A program made the position numbers and the translations under genes. A DNA stretch of 64,000 nt. Origin: Candidatus Norongarragalinales archaeon (GTDB lineage: Archaea; Micrarchaeota; Micrarchaeia; Norongarragalinales; Norongarragalinaceae). Numbering within the stretch: the first letter of the stretch is position 1; the number at the start of each line of letters is the position of its first letter. The stretch covers positions 64,001 to 128,000 of the forward strand of contig JAWABJ010000001.1 in the NCBI GenBank assembly GCA_038884755.1, in the 5' to 3' direction. The notes under the pieces are model-generated. The model did no database searches, was not told where the DNA came from, and saw nothing but the letters and a program-made list of their open reading frames with translations. Shown one piece after another: positions 19,182 through 30,480 of this stretch.

Positions 19182-20198
19182 GTGATTTTCAAGAACGAGC
19201 TTGCGTTGAAGGCGGATTTCGTTCCCGATTCGCTGCCCGGGCGAGAGGGTGAGATAAACGAAATCGTTTTTTCCCTAGAGCCGGCTTTCGAAGGGCGCAA
19301 GGCGCGCAACTTGTTTTTGTTCGGGGCGACGGGGACAGGCAAAACGTCGTGCGTGAAAAAAGTTTTCGGGCGCTTCAACGAGGAGTCGAAAACCGCGAAA
19401 GCGGTTTTCGTCAACTGCTGGCAGAACCCGACCCGCAATTCCGTGCTTTCGCGCATTGCGGAAGCGTCCGGCGAAGCTTTGCCGCGCAGGGGTTTGGGGA
19501 CCGACGAGGTGCTCGAGCGGGTGGCGCAAGCTTTCCGGATGCAGAAAGCGTCTTGCGTTATTGCATTGGACGAGTGCGACCGTTTGCTGCACAACCGAGA
19601 GGATGCGGTTGTTTACGACTTGCTTCGCAGCGATTTCGTTTCGGCAATCGTTTGCATCACCAACGACGCGGGGTTTCTGGAAAAGATTGACGAGCGAATC
19701 CGCAGTTCTCTCCAGCCTTCCGCGCTTGAGTTTTCCCGCTATTCTCCGGTCGCGTTGAAGCGAATCCTTTCGGAAAGGGCTTCGCTTGCCTTCAAGCCCG
19801 GCGCTTGCGGCGAGGAAGCGATTGCGCTGGTCGCGGCTTACGCGTCGAAGCAGGGGGGCGACGCGCGCGTCGCAATCGAGGCGTTGTGGCGTTGCGGAAA
19901 GAACGCGGAAGCACGTGGAGCAAACAAAATAGAAAAGCGGGATTTCGAAATGCTCAAGGAAAACCCTTCCATGCAGAAACGCATGCAGGGACTGGGCGAA
20001 ATAGAAGCTAAGATAGTTGATTTGCTGAGGGAAAGCGAAGGCAAGAGCCTGCTTGCGGGAGAAATTTACTCTTCGCTGGGGTTGAACGACCGGACGCTGC
20101 GCAACCACCTCAAGCTTTTGGAGTCGAAGAAAATAATTTCCGTCGAGAGCGTGCAGTTGAAGGAAGGGCGTTCGAGCAGGATTTCTTTGCTTTTGTAA
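19182..20198 (+). CDS. cdc6: Orc1/Cdc6 replication initiator
   Basis: FVPDSLPGRE, Walker A GATGTGKT, VNCW, Walker B LDECD, GDARVAI, C-terminal winged helix; probable GTG start 19182. Confidence 0.92.
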   Translation: MIFKNELALKADFVPDSLPGREGEINEIVFSLEPAFEGRKARNLFLFGATGTGKTSCVKKVFGRFNEESKTAKAVFVNCWQNPTRNSVLSRIAEASGEALPRRGLGTDEVLERVAQAFRMQKASCVIALDECDRLLHNREDAVVYDLLRSDFVSAIVCITNDAGFLEKIDERIRSSLQPSALEFSRYSPVALKRILSERASLAFKPGACGEEAIALVAAYASKQGGDARVAIEALWRCGKNAEARGANKIEKRDFEMLKENPSMQKRMQGLGEIEAKIVDLLRESEGKSLLAGEIYSSLGLNDRTLRNHLKLLESKKIISVESVQLKEGRSSRISLLL

Positions 20199-21392
20199 TC
20201 ATTTTGCAAACGCGATTTCTATCGCATCCCTATGCTTCAAAACGTGGTCTTTGCCTACCAGCTGTTTCGTCTTGACGTCCACCGCCTTGATGAAATTATT
20301 GCCTATATCACTGTGGAGCTTGAAGGCGAAATCCAATGCCGTTGCATCGCCCGGCAGCAAAAAGCAATCCGGAAGAACGTTTCCGTGCTGGTCTTCAAGC
20401 TTGTTCACGCCCGCGGGGAATATTGCTTTATAGCCGAGCACTCCGAACACGGTCTCGTCCAGCGCCTGCTGCACTCCCGTGGAACCGAACTTTTGCAGTA
20501 CGCCTTGCCTTATGAATTCCAGTCCTTTCGACTGCTGTTCGCTCAATTGCTTTAAGATTTTGAATTCGGAGTCGCCGGGGTAGTATTCGATGGCGCCGTC
20601 GCGTGCTGCCTTTCGCAACGCCATTTCAGCGACTCCCGAGCAGGCGATGATTTTCAAGTGCGGGAATTCTTTCTTGAGCGCGGCAATGTTGTTTTCGGCG
20701 TGGGGCTTGTCGGCCTTGTTGGCCGCGATTATTATTGGCTTGGTGTGTGCGCGGAGGTATTTCGCGAACGACATTGTGTCCGCCTCGTTCCACTCGCGCA
20801 ATTGCTTTTCGACCAGTCCTGTCTTGCGTATCGCGGTTTCGATGTTGAAGGGCGTTGCGCCCAACCCGCTGAGGATTTGGGCTATGGCTTCGTTCCTTTC
20901 GCTCGCGCTTTTGTACGGGGTTTTGGATATTTTCGCCCAATTGCGCTGTATTATGCCGTGAAACCACAAGTCGACTTCCTTTTCCAGGAACTCTACGTCC
21001 ATGCACGGGTCGTGCGTTCCTGCCGGAACCTCTTCACCTTTTTCGTTCGTGCCGCCGCTTGCGTCTACGACGTGTATCAACGCGTCTGCCTGCCGCAAGT
21101 CGTCCATGAACTTGTTTCCCATCCCGACTCCCTTGTGCGCGTCGGGCACAAGCCCCGCGACATCGAGTATTTCAACGGGGACATAGCGAATGCCGTTCTT
21201 GCAAAACCCGCTGCGCGGGTTGCATTGCACTCCCAACTCTCGGTCTATGCATTGCACGCGCACGAAGCCCACTCCCTTGTTGGGCTCGATGGTAGTGAAT
21301 GGGTAATTGGCTATTGCTACGTCGACGAGCGTCGCCGCGCTGAAGAAAGTGCTTTTGCCTGCGCTGGGCTTTCCCACCAACCCAACTAACAT
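20199..21392 (-). CDS. ychF: Obg-family ATPase YchF with TGS domain
   Basis: GKPSAGKST, YPFTTIEPN, DVAGLV, NKAD; TGS ATALDFAFKLHSDIG. Confidence 0.95.
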   Translation of the reverse strand: MLVGLVGKPSAGKSTFFSAATLVDVAIANYPFTTIEPNKGVGFVRVQCIDRELGVQCNPRSGFCKNGIRYVPVEILDVAGLVPDAHKGVGMGNKFMDDLRQADALIHVVDASGGTNEKGEEVPAGTHDPCMDVEFLEKEVDLWFHGIIQRNWAKISKTPYKSASERNEAIAQILSGLGATPFNIETAIRKTGLVEKQLREWNEADTMSFAKYLRAHTKPIIIAANKADKPHAENNIAALKKEFPHLKIIACSGVAEMALRKAARDGAIEYYPGDSEFKILKQLSEQQSKGLEFIRQGVLQKFGSTGVQQALDETVFGVLGYKAIFPAGVNKLEDQHGNVLPDCFLLPGDATALDFAFKLHSDIGNNFIKAVDVKTKQLVGKDHVLKHRDAIEIAFAK

Positions 21393-21452
21393 GGTTTTTT
21401 ATTTGCCTCGCAAGGTAATTATTTCCTTTGTTTTTCGCGTGGTGGGCTTTTC

Positions 21453-22589
21453 GTGATTTGGACTGTGAAGCATGCGCCTAAGAGCGTGGACGAGATTGCG
21501 GGGAACGACGAGGCCAAAGCGCATGCGAAAAAATGGGCTTTGGATTGGGCGAGGGGCAAAAGGCAAAAGCCCCTGCTGGTTTCCGGGCCTTCCGGCTCTG
21601 GAAAAACCGCGTTGGTCCGAGCCATTGCGATCGAGTTCGGCTGGATTTTGGTTGAATCCGGGTCTTCTGACGTGAGGGACGAAAAGCGCTTGTCGAAGCA
21701 GTTTGGGCTTGGGACCACGGGTGGGCTGTGGGGGACGAGGCTGTTGTTCATAGACGATTTGGATTCTGTTTTCGACCGGGGTGAAGTGCCCGCGCTGTTG
21801 GAACTGCTTTCCAGCGCTTCGCAGCCCACGATTTTGTGCGCGAACGACGTTTGGGACCCCAAGCTTTCGAAAATAAGGTCGGAGTGTGCGAGGGTGGAAT
21901 TGAAGAAAATAAACAAGGCCGAGGTGCGCAGGGTTTTGCAGGGGATTTGCGAAAAGGAAAAGCTTGGCGTTGGAAAAGAGAAGATAGACGAGATTGTTGA
22001 GGCTTGCGGCGGGGACTTGAGGGCTGCGATAATCGACTTGCAAAGCGGTTTTGTTTCCGAACGCGAAGGCAAGGAAGACGTTTTCAAAACTCTCTCCTCG
22101 CTTTTCAAAGGCTCTTTCGACGGTGCCTTGAAGCTCGAGCCCGAGGATTTTGACTTGTTCTACTGGTGGATAGAAGAAAACATTCCTGCGGAGTACGAGT
22201 CTAACGAGGAAATTGCTCAAGCGTACGGTTGGCTTTCGAAAGCCGACGTTTTCAAAGGCAGGATTTCGAAAAGGCAGGACTGGGGCTTGCAAAAATTCGT
22301 CCGCGCCCTTGCGCTTGGTGGAGTTGCTTCGGCGAAAAAAACTCCGTACCGGAAATTTTCGCGCTACCAATTCCCTTCAATAATACGAATGCTTGGCTCT
22401 AGTAAAGGCGCTCGCGGGATGGTCAAAGAAATTTCTTTGAAAGCCGCCGCGGGGATGCACTGCTCTTCGCGGCAGGCGTTTTCCTCGCTCCTGCTCTTGC
22501 CCCCGTCCTCGTGGGAATCGCTGGGATTAAATGAAGAGGAAAAGTCGTTTTTGAAGGAATTGCAGGACGAGCGCTCTAATGCAAAATAG
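21453..22589 (+). CDS. rfcL: Replication factor C large subunit
   Basis: WTVKHAPKS, GPSGSGKT, GDLRAAIIDLQ, WIEENIP, LSKADVF. Confidence 0.92.
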   Translation: MIWTVKHAPKSVDEIAGNDEAKAHAKKWALDWARGKRQKPLLVSGPSGSGKTALVRAIAIEFGWILVESGSSDVRDEKRLSKQFGLGTTGGLWGTRLLFIDDLDSVFDRGEVPALLELLSSASQPTILCANDVWDPKLSKIRSECARVELKKINKAEVRRVLQGICEKEKLGVGKEKIDEIVEACGGDLRAAIIDLQSGFVSEREGKEDVFKTLSSLFKGSFDGALKLEPEDFDLFYWWIEENIPAEYESNEEIAQAYGWLSKADVFKGRISKRQDWGLQKFVRALALGGVASAKKTPYRKFSRYQFPSIIRMLGSSKGARGMVKEISLKAAAGMHCSSRQAFSSLLLLPPSSWESLGLNEEEKSFLKELQDERSNAK

Positions 22590-22600
22590 GGCGCGCGCCT

Positions 22601-23323
22601 TTACTTTCCGTTTTCTTCCTGCTTTTGTAAGAACTTGAAAGCCACTACCAGCGCAAACGCCGCAAGCAAAACCCAAAAGTAGTTTTTCTGGATGTCCGAA
22701 ACGCTTTTCGCGAAAAACTCGTTCACTTCCTCGCTCAAGCTTTTTTCCCGCGTGAATTCCACGTCCCACTTTCCGAGAATCGGGCCTTGCCAGGTTATGA
22801 CGTTCTTCTGCCTCTGCGGGCCGGGATCCGGCGAAACCAGTATTTCCTGTGCGTCTGCGGGGACTTCAAGCGTGAAGCTCATGCTGTTTCCCAGGCTTAT
22901 TTCGCCTCTGGAGGAAATGAGCGCAATGAGCGGCGTGTTGAGGCTGTATTTCGTCCCGCGCGAGGAAACTGGCTCCAAGCGCATCACTTTCTCCGCATCG
23001 TATTCCAGCGTGACGCTTGCCGCGTTGGGGTGGATTTCGTACTCGCGCGTCGCGACGATCCGCAGGTTGGATACGCCTCCGGAAAAGTGGTAGCCTATGT
23101 TTTTGGAAAACCGCTTCCAGTCCAGGAGCGTGCTTTGCCCCAAGTGCAGGTAGTAGTCGAACGCCTCTTTTTCCAAGTCGTTTTCCAGAAAGAAAACGCT
23201 TTTTTCGGTGATTCGCGCGTCGCCGCCTTCCAAAACCTTCACGTAAACGGAAAAAGACTGGTCTAGGTAAGCGAAGGCGCTGGCGCACAGCGCGAGAATT
23301 GCGAGAAAGGCGGTTAGCTTCAT
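22601..23323 (-). CDS. Secreted protein with C-terminal membrane anchor
   Basis: Sec signal (MKLTAFLAILALCASAFA), beta-rich body, C-terminal TM plus basic residues. Confidence 0.75.
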   Translation of the reverse strand: MKLTAFLAILALCASAFAYLDQSFSVYVKVLEGGDARITEKSVFFLENDLEKEAFDYYLHLGQSTLLDWKRFSKNIGYHFSGGVSNLRIVATREYEIHPNAASVTLEYDAEKVMRLEPVSSRGTKYSLNTPLIALISSRGEISLGNSMSFTLEVPADAQEILVSPDPGPQRQKNVITWQGPILGKWDVEFTREKSLSEEVNEFFAKSVSDIQKNYFWVLLAAFALVVAFKFLQKQEENGK

Positions 23324-23386
23324 GAAAACCCTATTACCGCAATTGGCTTAAAGGGCTTTCTGCTTGATGGAATAAAGAACAAACCA

Positions 23387-23980
23387 ATGAGGGCTTTCTT
23401 TTCCTTTCCCGCAGCCTTGTTTTTCGTTTTGGCGATACTGGCTTTAGCGGCCGCACACCGCGCTTTGTCTTCCTCGGCAGCCGACGCTTCGGCTGCGGTG
23501 CTGGTTTTGGAACAAAAGCATTACGCGGACGTTACGCTGAAGAAAGTTTTATCGCAAGTTTTTTCTTTGAGCGAAGGCTTTGACGAAAAACAGTCGAGCG
23601 AAAACATCGCCGAAAACCTCGCGTCGCTCGAGGGCTTTGCCGAAGGGCATTACGCGCGGCAGGGTGTCGAAGTTTCTTTGTGGTTCGGCGCTTTCGACTC
23701 TTTCGAAGAGGGAAGGGTTTTGCGCGAAACGCTTTCTTCCGGAAGGCCGGTGCGTTGTTCCCACTGTTATGCTTTGGGCGAGTGGACTGTTGATTGGGAG
23801 GGAAGGCTGGCGCGCAAGTCGGTGGAACTGGTTTTCAACCGCAGCGTTTCCAAGCGCGGGATGGTGCATACGCCTTCCTCTTCCGAGTGGGCTGGAGAGG
23901 AAATAGCTTTCGGCGCCACGTTTTACAACCCGCGCTACAAGCTGGCGTGGGTTTCGGTCGTGCGCGAGGGGTTCGGTTGA
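23387..23980 (+). CDS. Pilin-like protein (N-terminal hydrophobic helix)
   Basis: MRAFFSF plus hydrophobic helix; first gene of a pilin-like cluster. Confidence 0.6.
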   Translation: MRAFFSFPAALFFVLAILALAAAHRALSSSAADASAAVLVLEQKHYADVTLKKVLSQVFSLSEGFDEKQSSENIAENLASLEGFAEGHYARQGVEVSLWFGAFDSFEEGRVLRETLSSGRPVRCSHCYALGEWTVDWEGRLARKSVELVFNRSVSKRGMVHTPSSSEWAGEEIAFGATFYNPRYKLAWVSVVREGFG

Positions 23981-23981
23981 A

Positions 23982-24320
23982 ATGCGCAAAGCGCAATTTT
24001 CCCTGGAGTTTTTGCTTTTGCTGGCGGCTTTTTTGGCTTTTGCGGGAGTGTTCGCTTCTGCCGGCAAAGCGGTTTTCCAGAAGAGCGTTTTGCTGTCGCA
24101 AGAGGTTTCCACTGAGGAAAAGCTTTCGGGCGCATGCCTTTACATAGATTTCTTTTCCCTCGACGGGCTGCACGCCGTTTCCGGGGGCGAAAGCTTCCAA
24201 GGGTTTTCCTCTCAGGGGAGGAGGCTGTTTTTCGGGAATTTTTCCGCCGAATGCAATTCGCGCTTTCGCTTTGAAGGCGGGAAGCTGAAAGTCGAGGTTT
24301 CGGTGTTGGAGGCGCGTTGA
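23982..24320 (+). CDS. Class III signal peptide (type IV pilin-like) protein
   Basis: MRKA/QFSLEFLLLLAAFL. Confidence 0.85.
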   Translation: MRKAQFSLEFLLLLAAFLAFAGVFASAGKAVFQKSVLLSQEVSTEEKLSGACLYIDFFSLDGLHAVSGGESFQGFSSQGRRLFFGNFSAECNSRFRFEGGKLKVEVSVLEAR

Positions 24321-24641
24321 TTGTCTTTCTCTTGGGATTTTGCAGCGGCGACTGCAATTGTCTTGATTCTGGCGTGGGCTTTCGTTTCAGCGTTTTACAT
24401 TTCGTCGAATTCGCTGGCTTCCGGCTTGGCTTTCGCCGAGAAACAGCGCGCTGCGTTGTTCAAGGCGGATTTTTTGCTGAAAAACTGTTTTCCCGTAGGC
24501 ATAGCGCATTGCGAAGGCGGTTTCGCGCATTCGCATGAAGCCAGTGCTTCAGCCAACCTGACTTTCGGTGGCGGGAGTTTTTGCGTCAAGAGGCTGGTTT
24601 TGCAGGGCAATGCGGCAAGGGTGGTTGTGGTTTGCGTTTGA
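24321..24641 (+). CDS. Pilin-like protein
   Basis: MSFSWDF plus hydrophobic helix; abuts neighbours. Confidence 0.6.
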   Translation: MSFSWDFAAATAIVLILAWAFVSAFYISSNSLASGLAFAEKQRAALFKADFLLKNCFPVGIAHCEGGFAHSHEASASANLTFGGGSFCVKRLVLQGNAARVVVVCV

Positions 24642-25039
24642 ACGCTTTCGCTTCGGTCGAAGCGGTTTTGGCACTGGTTTTTGCGGCAGGCGCGTTCGTT
24701 GTCATCCTGCCTTCGTTCCACCCCGCGCTTTCTTTCACGGTTCTGCACAGGCAGCAGTTTGCTCAGGATTTTGCCGAAATTTCGCTTTCCAAGCCCGAGT
24801 TTTTCCAAGCGGTTTTGGGCTTGCGCGAAGGGCGGGAGGTTTCAAAGCGCTTTTTGAAGGCAGAATATTCGAAGATTTTGGAGGGCTTGGGGGATTTTTG
24901 CGTCGAGTTGAGCGCTGGAGGCAACGCTGTGCAGGCGAATTGCGGCTTCGAAATCACGTCGAAAGCGCGCGTGTCAAGAATGGTTTTTGACGGGCGGGAT
25001 TTTTTTGAGCTTGCCGTTTCCGTGGGCTCCCGCGATTAA
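24638..25039 (+). CDS. Pilin-like protein
   Basis: TTG start overlapping previous stop; MNA/FASVEAVLALVF with Glu at +5. Confidence 0.65.
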   Translation: MNAFASVEAVLALVFAAGAFVVILPSFHPALSFTVLHRQQFAQDFAEISLSKPEFFQAVLGLREGREVSKRFLKAEYSKILEGLGDFCVELSAGGNAVQANCGFEITSKARVSRMVFDGRDFFELAVSVGSRD

Positions 25040-25470
25040 CCGCCTCGTTTTTCTTCAAAGTTAATCTGAATTTCCCGCTTGTTTTCGAACACTGCTTGGA
25101 ATTCTCCTTTTGCGAATTCGGCTTGCCCGAACTTGACTGGGAAGCCGAGTTTTTCACGCAGGGTTTTTGTTTTGCCGGCGTGCGAGTAGTCCATGTTCAT
25201 TGTTTTCGTCGTTTCGTCGAAGGAAAGGATGGTTTCGGCTTGAAAAAAGATTTTCTCCTTCAACAGCGCTCCGAATCCCATGGTTTCGGCCTGCCTTGCC
25301 GTTCCAGCAATGCGTTGGAACGCGGAAAGCTGGGTTTGGTCTGTTATGGCTTCGCGGGTTTTTTCCTGCGCTTGCGCGTAGGCGGGGGACAGTGCGAGGA
25401 GAAACGCCGCCGACGCGGCCATTACCAGCATGAACTCCACTGAAAGCTGCGCGCGTTTTGTTTGCTTCAT
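25036..25470 (-). CDS. Class III signal peptide (type IV pilin-like) protein
   Basis: KRA/QLSVEFMLVMAA. Confidence 0.85.
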   Translation of the reverse strand: MKQTKRAQLSVEFMLVMAASAAFLLALSPAYAQAQEKTREAITDQTQLSAFQRIAGTARQAETMGFGALLKEKIFFQAETILSFDETTKTMNMDYSHAGKTKTLREKLGFPVKFGQAEFAKGEFQAVFENKREIQINFEEKRGG

Positions 25471-25658
25471 TTTATGTCCGCGATTTGGTCGAACGCCTTG
25501 TCGGTCGCGTTGCTCAGCACTTTTTTTCCTTTTTCGGCAGTGTTTTGCAACTGTGTTATGAGCACTAGCGCGACTGCCACGAGCGCCGCAATGACTATCA
25601 AAAGCTCGGCGGAAACCTGCGCTTCGTCGCTCATGCCCAAGAGCCCTTTTTCTTCCAT
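25467..25658 (-). CDS. Short class III signal peptide pilin (DUF361-like)
   Basis: A/QVSAELLIVIAALVAVALVLI; 63 aa. Confidence 0.8.
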   Translation of the reverse strand: MEEKGLLGMSDEAQVSAELLIVIAALVAVALVLITQLQNTAEKGKKVLSNATDKAFDQIADIK

Positions 25659-25735
25659 GTCAGCAAAAACAAGCGCGCTTTCGGTTAAAGCGGTTCGGTT
25701 GATTTTTTTTAAACCGGAAGTTTAAAACTGCTTTT

Positions 25736-26341
25736 TCAGAACGAGGCTTCGAACGGGTTGGATAGCATTACGGCGAAAAGCACGGCCAGCGTTATGGCCC
25801 AAACCGCCTTGTTCCAGGCGAAAACCTTGCTGCCGTCCAGGGGGAATACAGGAATCAGGTTGAACGCGCCGAGGAAGGCGTTGACTGAAATGCCGATTGC
25901 CGCGAGGGTTGAAAACTCTGTGGAGGAACGCCCCAACGCCAAAAACCCTATTGCAAGCGCCAGGTTCACGAGCGGCCCTGCCAAGGCAATCTTGCCGTTT
26001 TGCTCTTCGCTAATGCGCTTTCCGAAGATGTAGACTGCGCCGGGCGCGGCGAAAATGAAGCTCCCGTCGGTCAGGAACGCGACGAACAGCGCGATGAACA
26101 ACCCCGTAGTCCAAGAGCGGTATTCCGCTTGCGCGCCGTATTTTATCGCGACAAACTTATGTCCCAATTCGTGCAGCACGAATCCCGCTCCCAGGGTGAG
26201 GAACACGAGCGTAAAGCGTTCGAAGGAAAAAGAGCCGACCGGGAAGAGTGTGAACGCCAACGCTATCGTAATTACGGAAATGAAAATGTGCGCGGCTTCT
26301 ACCTTTCCTATGCTGAATTTTTTTACAGCCATGTTTTCCAC
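25736..26341 (-). CDS. Site-2 intramembrane metalloprotease (M50)
   Basis: HELGH, IALAGPLVN, FNLIPVFPLDG. Confidence 0.95.
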   Translation of the reverse strand: MENMAVKKFSIGKVEAAHIFISVITIALAFTLFPVGSFSFERFTLVFLTLGAGFVLHELGHKFVAIKYGAQAEYRSWTTGLFIALFVAFLTDGSFIFAAPGAVYIFGKRISEEQNGKIALAGPLVNLALAIGFLALGRSSTEFSTLAAIGISVNAFLGAFNLIPVFPLDGSKVFAWNKAVWAITLAVLFAVMLSNPFEASF

Positions 26342-26355
26342 GCGTTTCCTGAGGA

Positions 26356-26787
26356 TTAAAAGTCGATTCGTTCGGTTTCGACGAGCTTGATTGTGTGGGG
26401 GGTGAAAACTCCCGCGTATCCCAGGATGATTCCTTCGCCTTCAGCGCCGTTGGGTAGGCTGACTTTGATTTTGCTTCCCACTTTCCCGTCTTGCAGAGCG
26501 ACTGCTGGAATCATGTCGTTGAGGAAAACGCTTTGGCTTCCCTGTTGGATTTGCCTTTGCACGAACGCGAAAACCCTGTCGCCTTTCCTTATTCCGCGCA
26601 GGGCGGGCTGTGCGAATCCCGCAAGCAATGAGACTCCCCAGCTTATGGCGATGAGCTTCCACGCTTCGTTGAAAATGCTTTGTTCGCCCAAATGCAGCGC
26701 CGCGTTGATGTATGCCGAAAGGCCGTAGGCTACCAGAGATAGTGCAGTAAGCACCATTGCAATTTTGAGGGAAAGCCCGACGTTCAT
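26356..26787 (-). CDS. Two-TM membrane protein with small C-terminal beta domain
   Basis: Two hydrophobic helices then GIRKGDRV...VALQDGKVGSKIKV. Confidence 0.7.
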   Translation of the reverse strand: MNVGLSLKIAMVLTALSLVAYGLSAYINAALHLGEQSIFNEAWKLIAISWGVSLLAGFAQPALRGIRKGDRVFAFVQRQIQQGSQSVFLNDMIPAVALQDGKVGSKIKVSLPNGAEGEGIILGYAGVFTPHTIKLVETERIDF

Positions 26788-26793
26788 TTTTTT

Positions 26794-28989
<2,196 letters not shown>

Positions 28990-29120
28990 TTAAACTAAAA
29001 CCGTTGCCCTGGATTCGCACGATTAATAGGGCGTTTTTCGTTTTAAAACTTGGCTTGAACCGCGAAGGGCGAAACAAAAGGCTTTTTTTAATGGAACGGC
29101 AGAGTTTGTTGGGTATAACG

Positions 29121-30089
29121 ATGGCGAACGAGGAAGTAGTGGTTTTCATAGGGATTCTCGTGGTGATAGCGCTCATCGTGGGCGCGGTTTTCACTGCCCA
29201 GTTGCCTTTGCAGTTGGTTTTAGCGGCTTTTCTCGCCATCATAGCACTGGTCGCTTTCCACCCCAATGTTGTGGAGTTCAAGGAGTACGAGCGGGGAGTA
29301 ATGTTCCGCCTCGGAAAGTTCCGCAAGGTTGAAGGCCCGGGCTGGGTGGTCTACTTTTCCACCATAGACAGTTTCGTGAAAGTGGATTTGCGCACGCAAG
29401 TGCTGGACGTCGAGCCTCAGGAGGTGATCACGCAGGACAACGTGAAAATCACGATTGACGCGGTGATTTACTTCAGGATTGCCGACCCGCGCAAGAGCGT
29501 GGTGGAAATTCGCGATTTCCGCGGTGCGGTTTCCCATTTGCTGCGCGCGCAGCTGAGGACAGTAATAGGGCGGCTGCTTTTGGAAGAGGTTTTGGAAAAG
29601 ACTGAGGAAATCAACGTCCAGCTTTTCAACGTAGTCAAGGAAGTGGAGGACAAGTGGGGCATCGTGACTTCGCGCGTCGAGATTTCGAGCATCGAGTTGC
29701 CTGAGGGTTTGCTTTCAGCGATGCAGAAGCGTAGGGAAGCGGGAGAATACAAGGAGAAAATGGAGACTGAGGCGAGGGCGAAGCAGGTTTCGCTTGAAAT
29801 CATCGACAAGGCACTGCGTTCGATGAGCGACAGGACTATCGCGTACTTGTATTTGGACGTGCTGAAGCGCGTTGCGGAAGGAAAGAGCAACAAGATAATC
29901 TTCCCGCTGGAATTGTCGAGGTTGGCGAACTACATTTCCGAGAAAGCAGGGTGGAGTAGAGGGGAGAAGGGAGAGTTTGACGAGATTGCGAAAACCCTCC
30001 TTGCCGCGTACCACGAGCAGCAGAAGGAGACCATGAACAAGAAAATCGAAGCAGGAACTCCGGCGCAAAAGCAGCCGAAGAACAAGTGA
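29121..30089 (+). CDS. SPFH/band-7 (stomatin-like) membrane protein
   Basis: EYERGVMFRLG, VDLRTQVLDVEPQEVITQDNV, two N-terminal TM helices. Confidence 0.93.
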   Translation: MANEEVVVFIGILVVIALIVGAVFTAQLPLQLVLAAFLAIIALVAFHPNVVEFKEYERGVMFRLGKFRKVEGPGWVVYFSTIDSFVKVDLRTQVLDVEPQEVITQDNVKITIDAVIYFRIADPRKSVVEIRDFRGAVSHLLRAQLRTVIGRLLLEEVLEKTEEINVQLFNVVKEVEDKWGIVTSRVEISSIELPEGLLSAMQKRREAGEYKEKMETEARAKQVSLEIIDKALRSMSDRTIAYLYLDVLKRVAEGKSNKIIFPLELSRLANYISEKAGWSRGEKGEFDEIAKTLLAAYHEQQKETMNKKIEAGTPAQKQPKNK

Positions 30090-30127
30090 TTTTAAAACCA
30101 CTCCCGCCCTTTGTTTTTTCGGTAGGC

Positions 30128-30474
30128 ATGGAACTTAACGTGCAGTTGGTAGTGCTCGGCGTTTCGCTTGCACTGCAGTTTTTAGCAGTCTACTTTTCTT
30201 ACTCGATTTACCTTCGCCACAAGAATTATTTCCCTTGGCTGGCGAACACATCAAAAACAACGCGGCCGTGTCTTTCCGCAGGGTTTTCTCGCTGGTTTTT
30301 ACCGTCGACGCTTTTTCCGATTTGCATGAGGAGATAGACTTCGTGGATTTTGTGGTACTGCCGCTTGTGACGAGCGCGCTGCTCTTTTACGCGTTTTGGA
30401 GCATCAAGAGGGAGTTCGACTCCGCGGAAACTGCGGTTGAAAACAAGGTACGGCGCATAACACGCAGGCTTTAA
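30128..30474 (+). pseudogene. Small 3-TM membrane protein gene disrupted by a micro-inversion and frameshift
   Basis: N-half (MELNVQ...FPWLA) and C-half (SFRRVF...RITRRL) lie in different frames; reverse complement of the intervening ~25 bp encodes hydrophobic TAALFLM. Confidence 0.7.
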
Positions 30475-30480
30475 CGTTTT

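Noticed and set aside
30250..30258. Programmed -1 frameshift at CAAAAAC
   Set aside because: Not a canonical X XXY YYZ heptamer, and the shifted product would carry a polar stretch in TM2; inversion explains the sequence better
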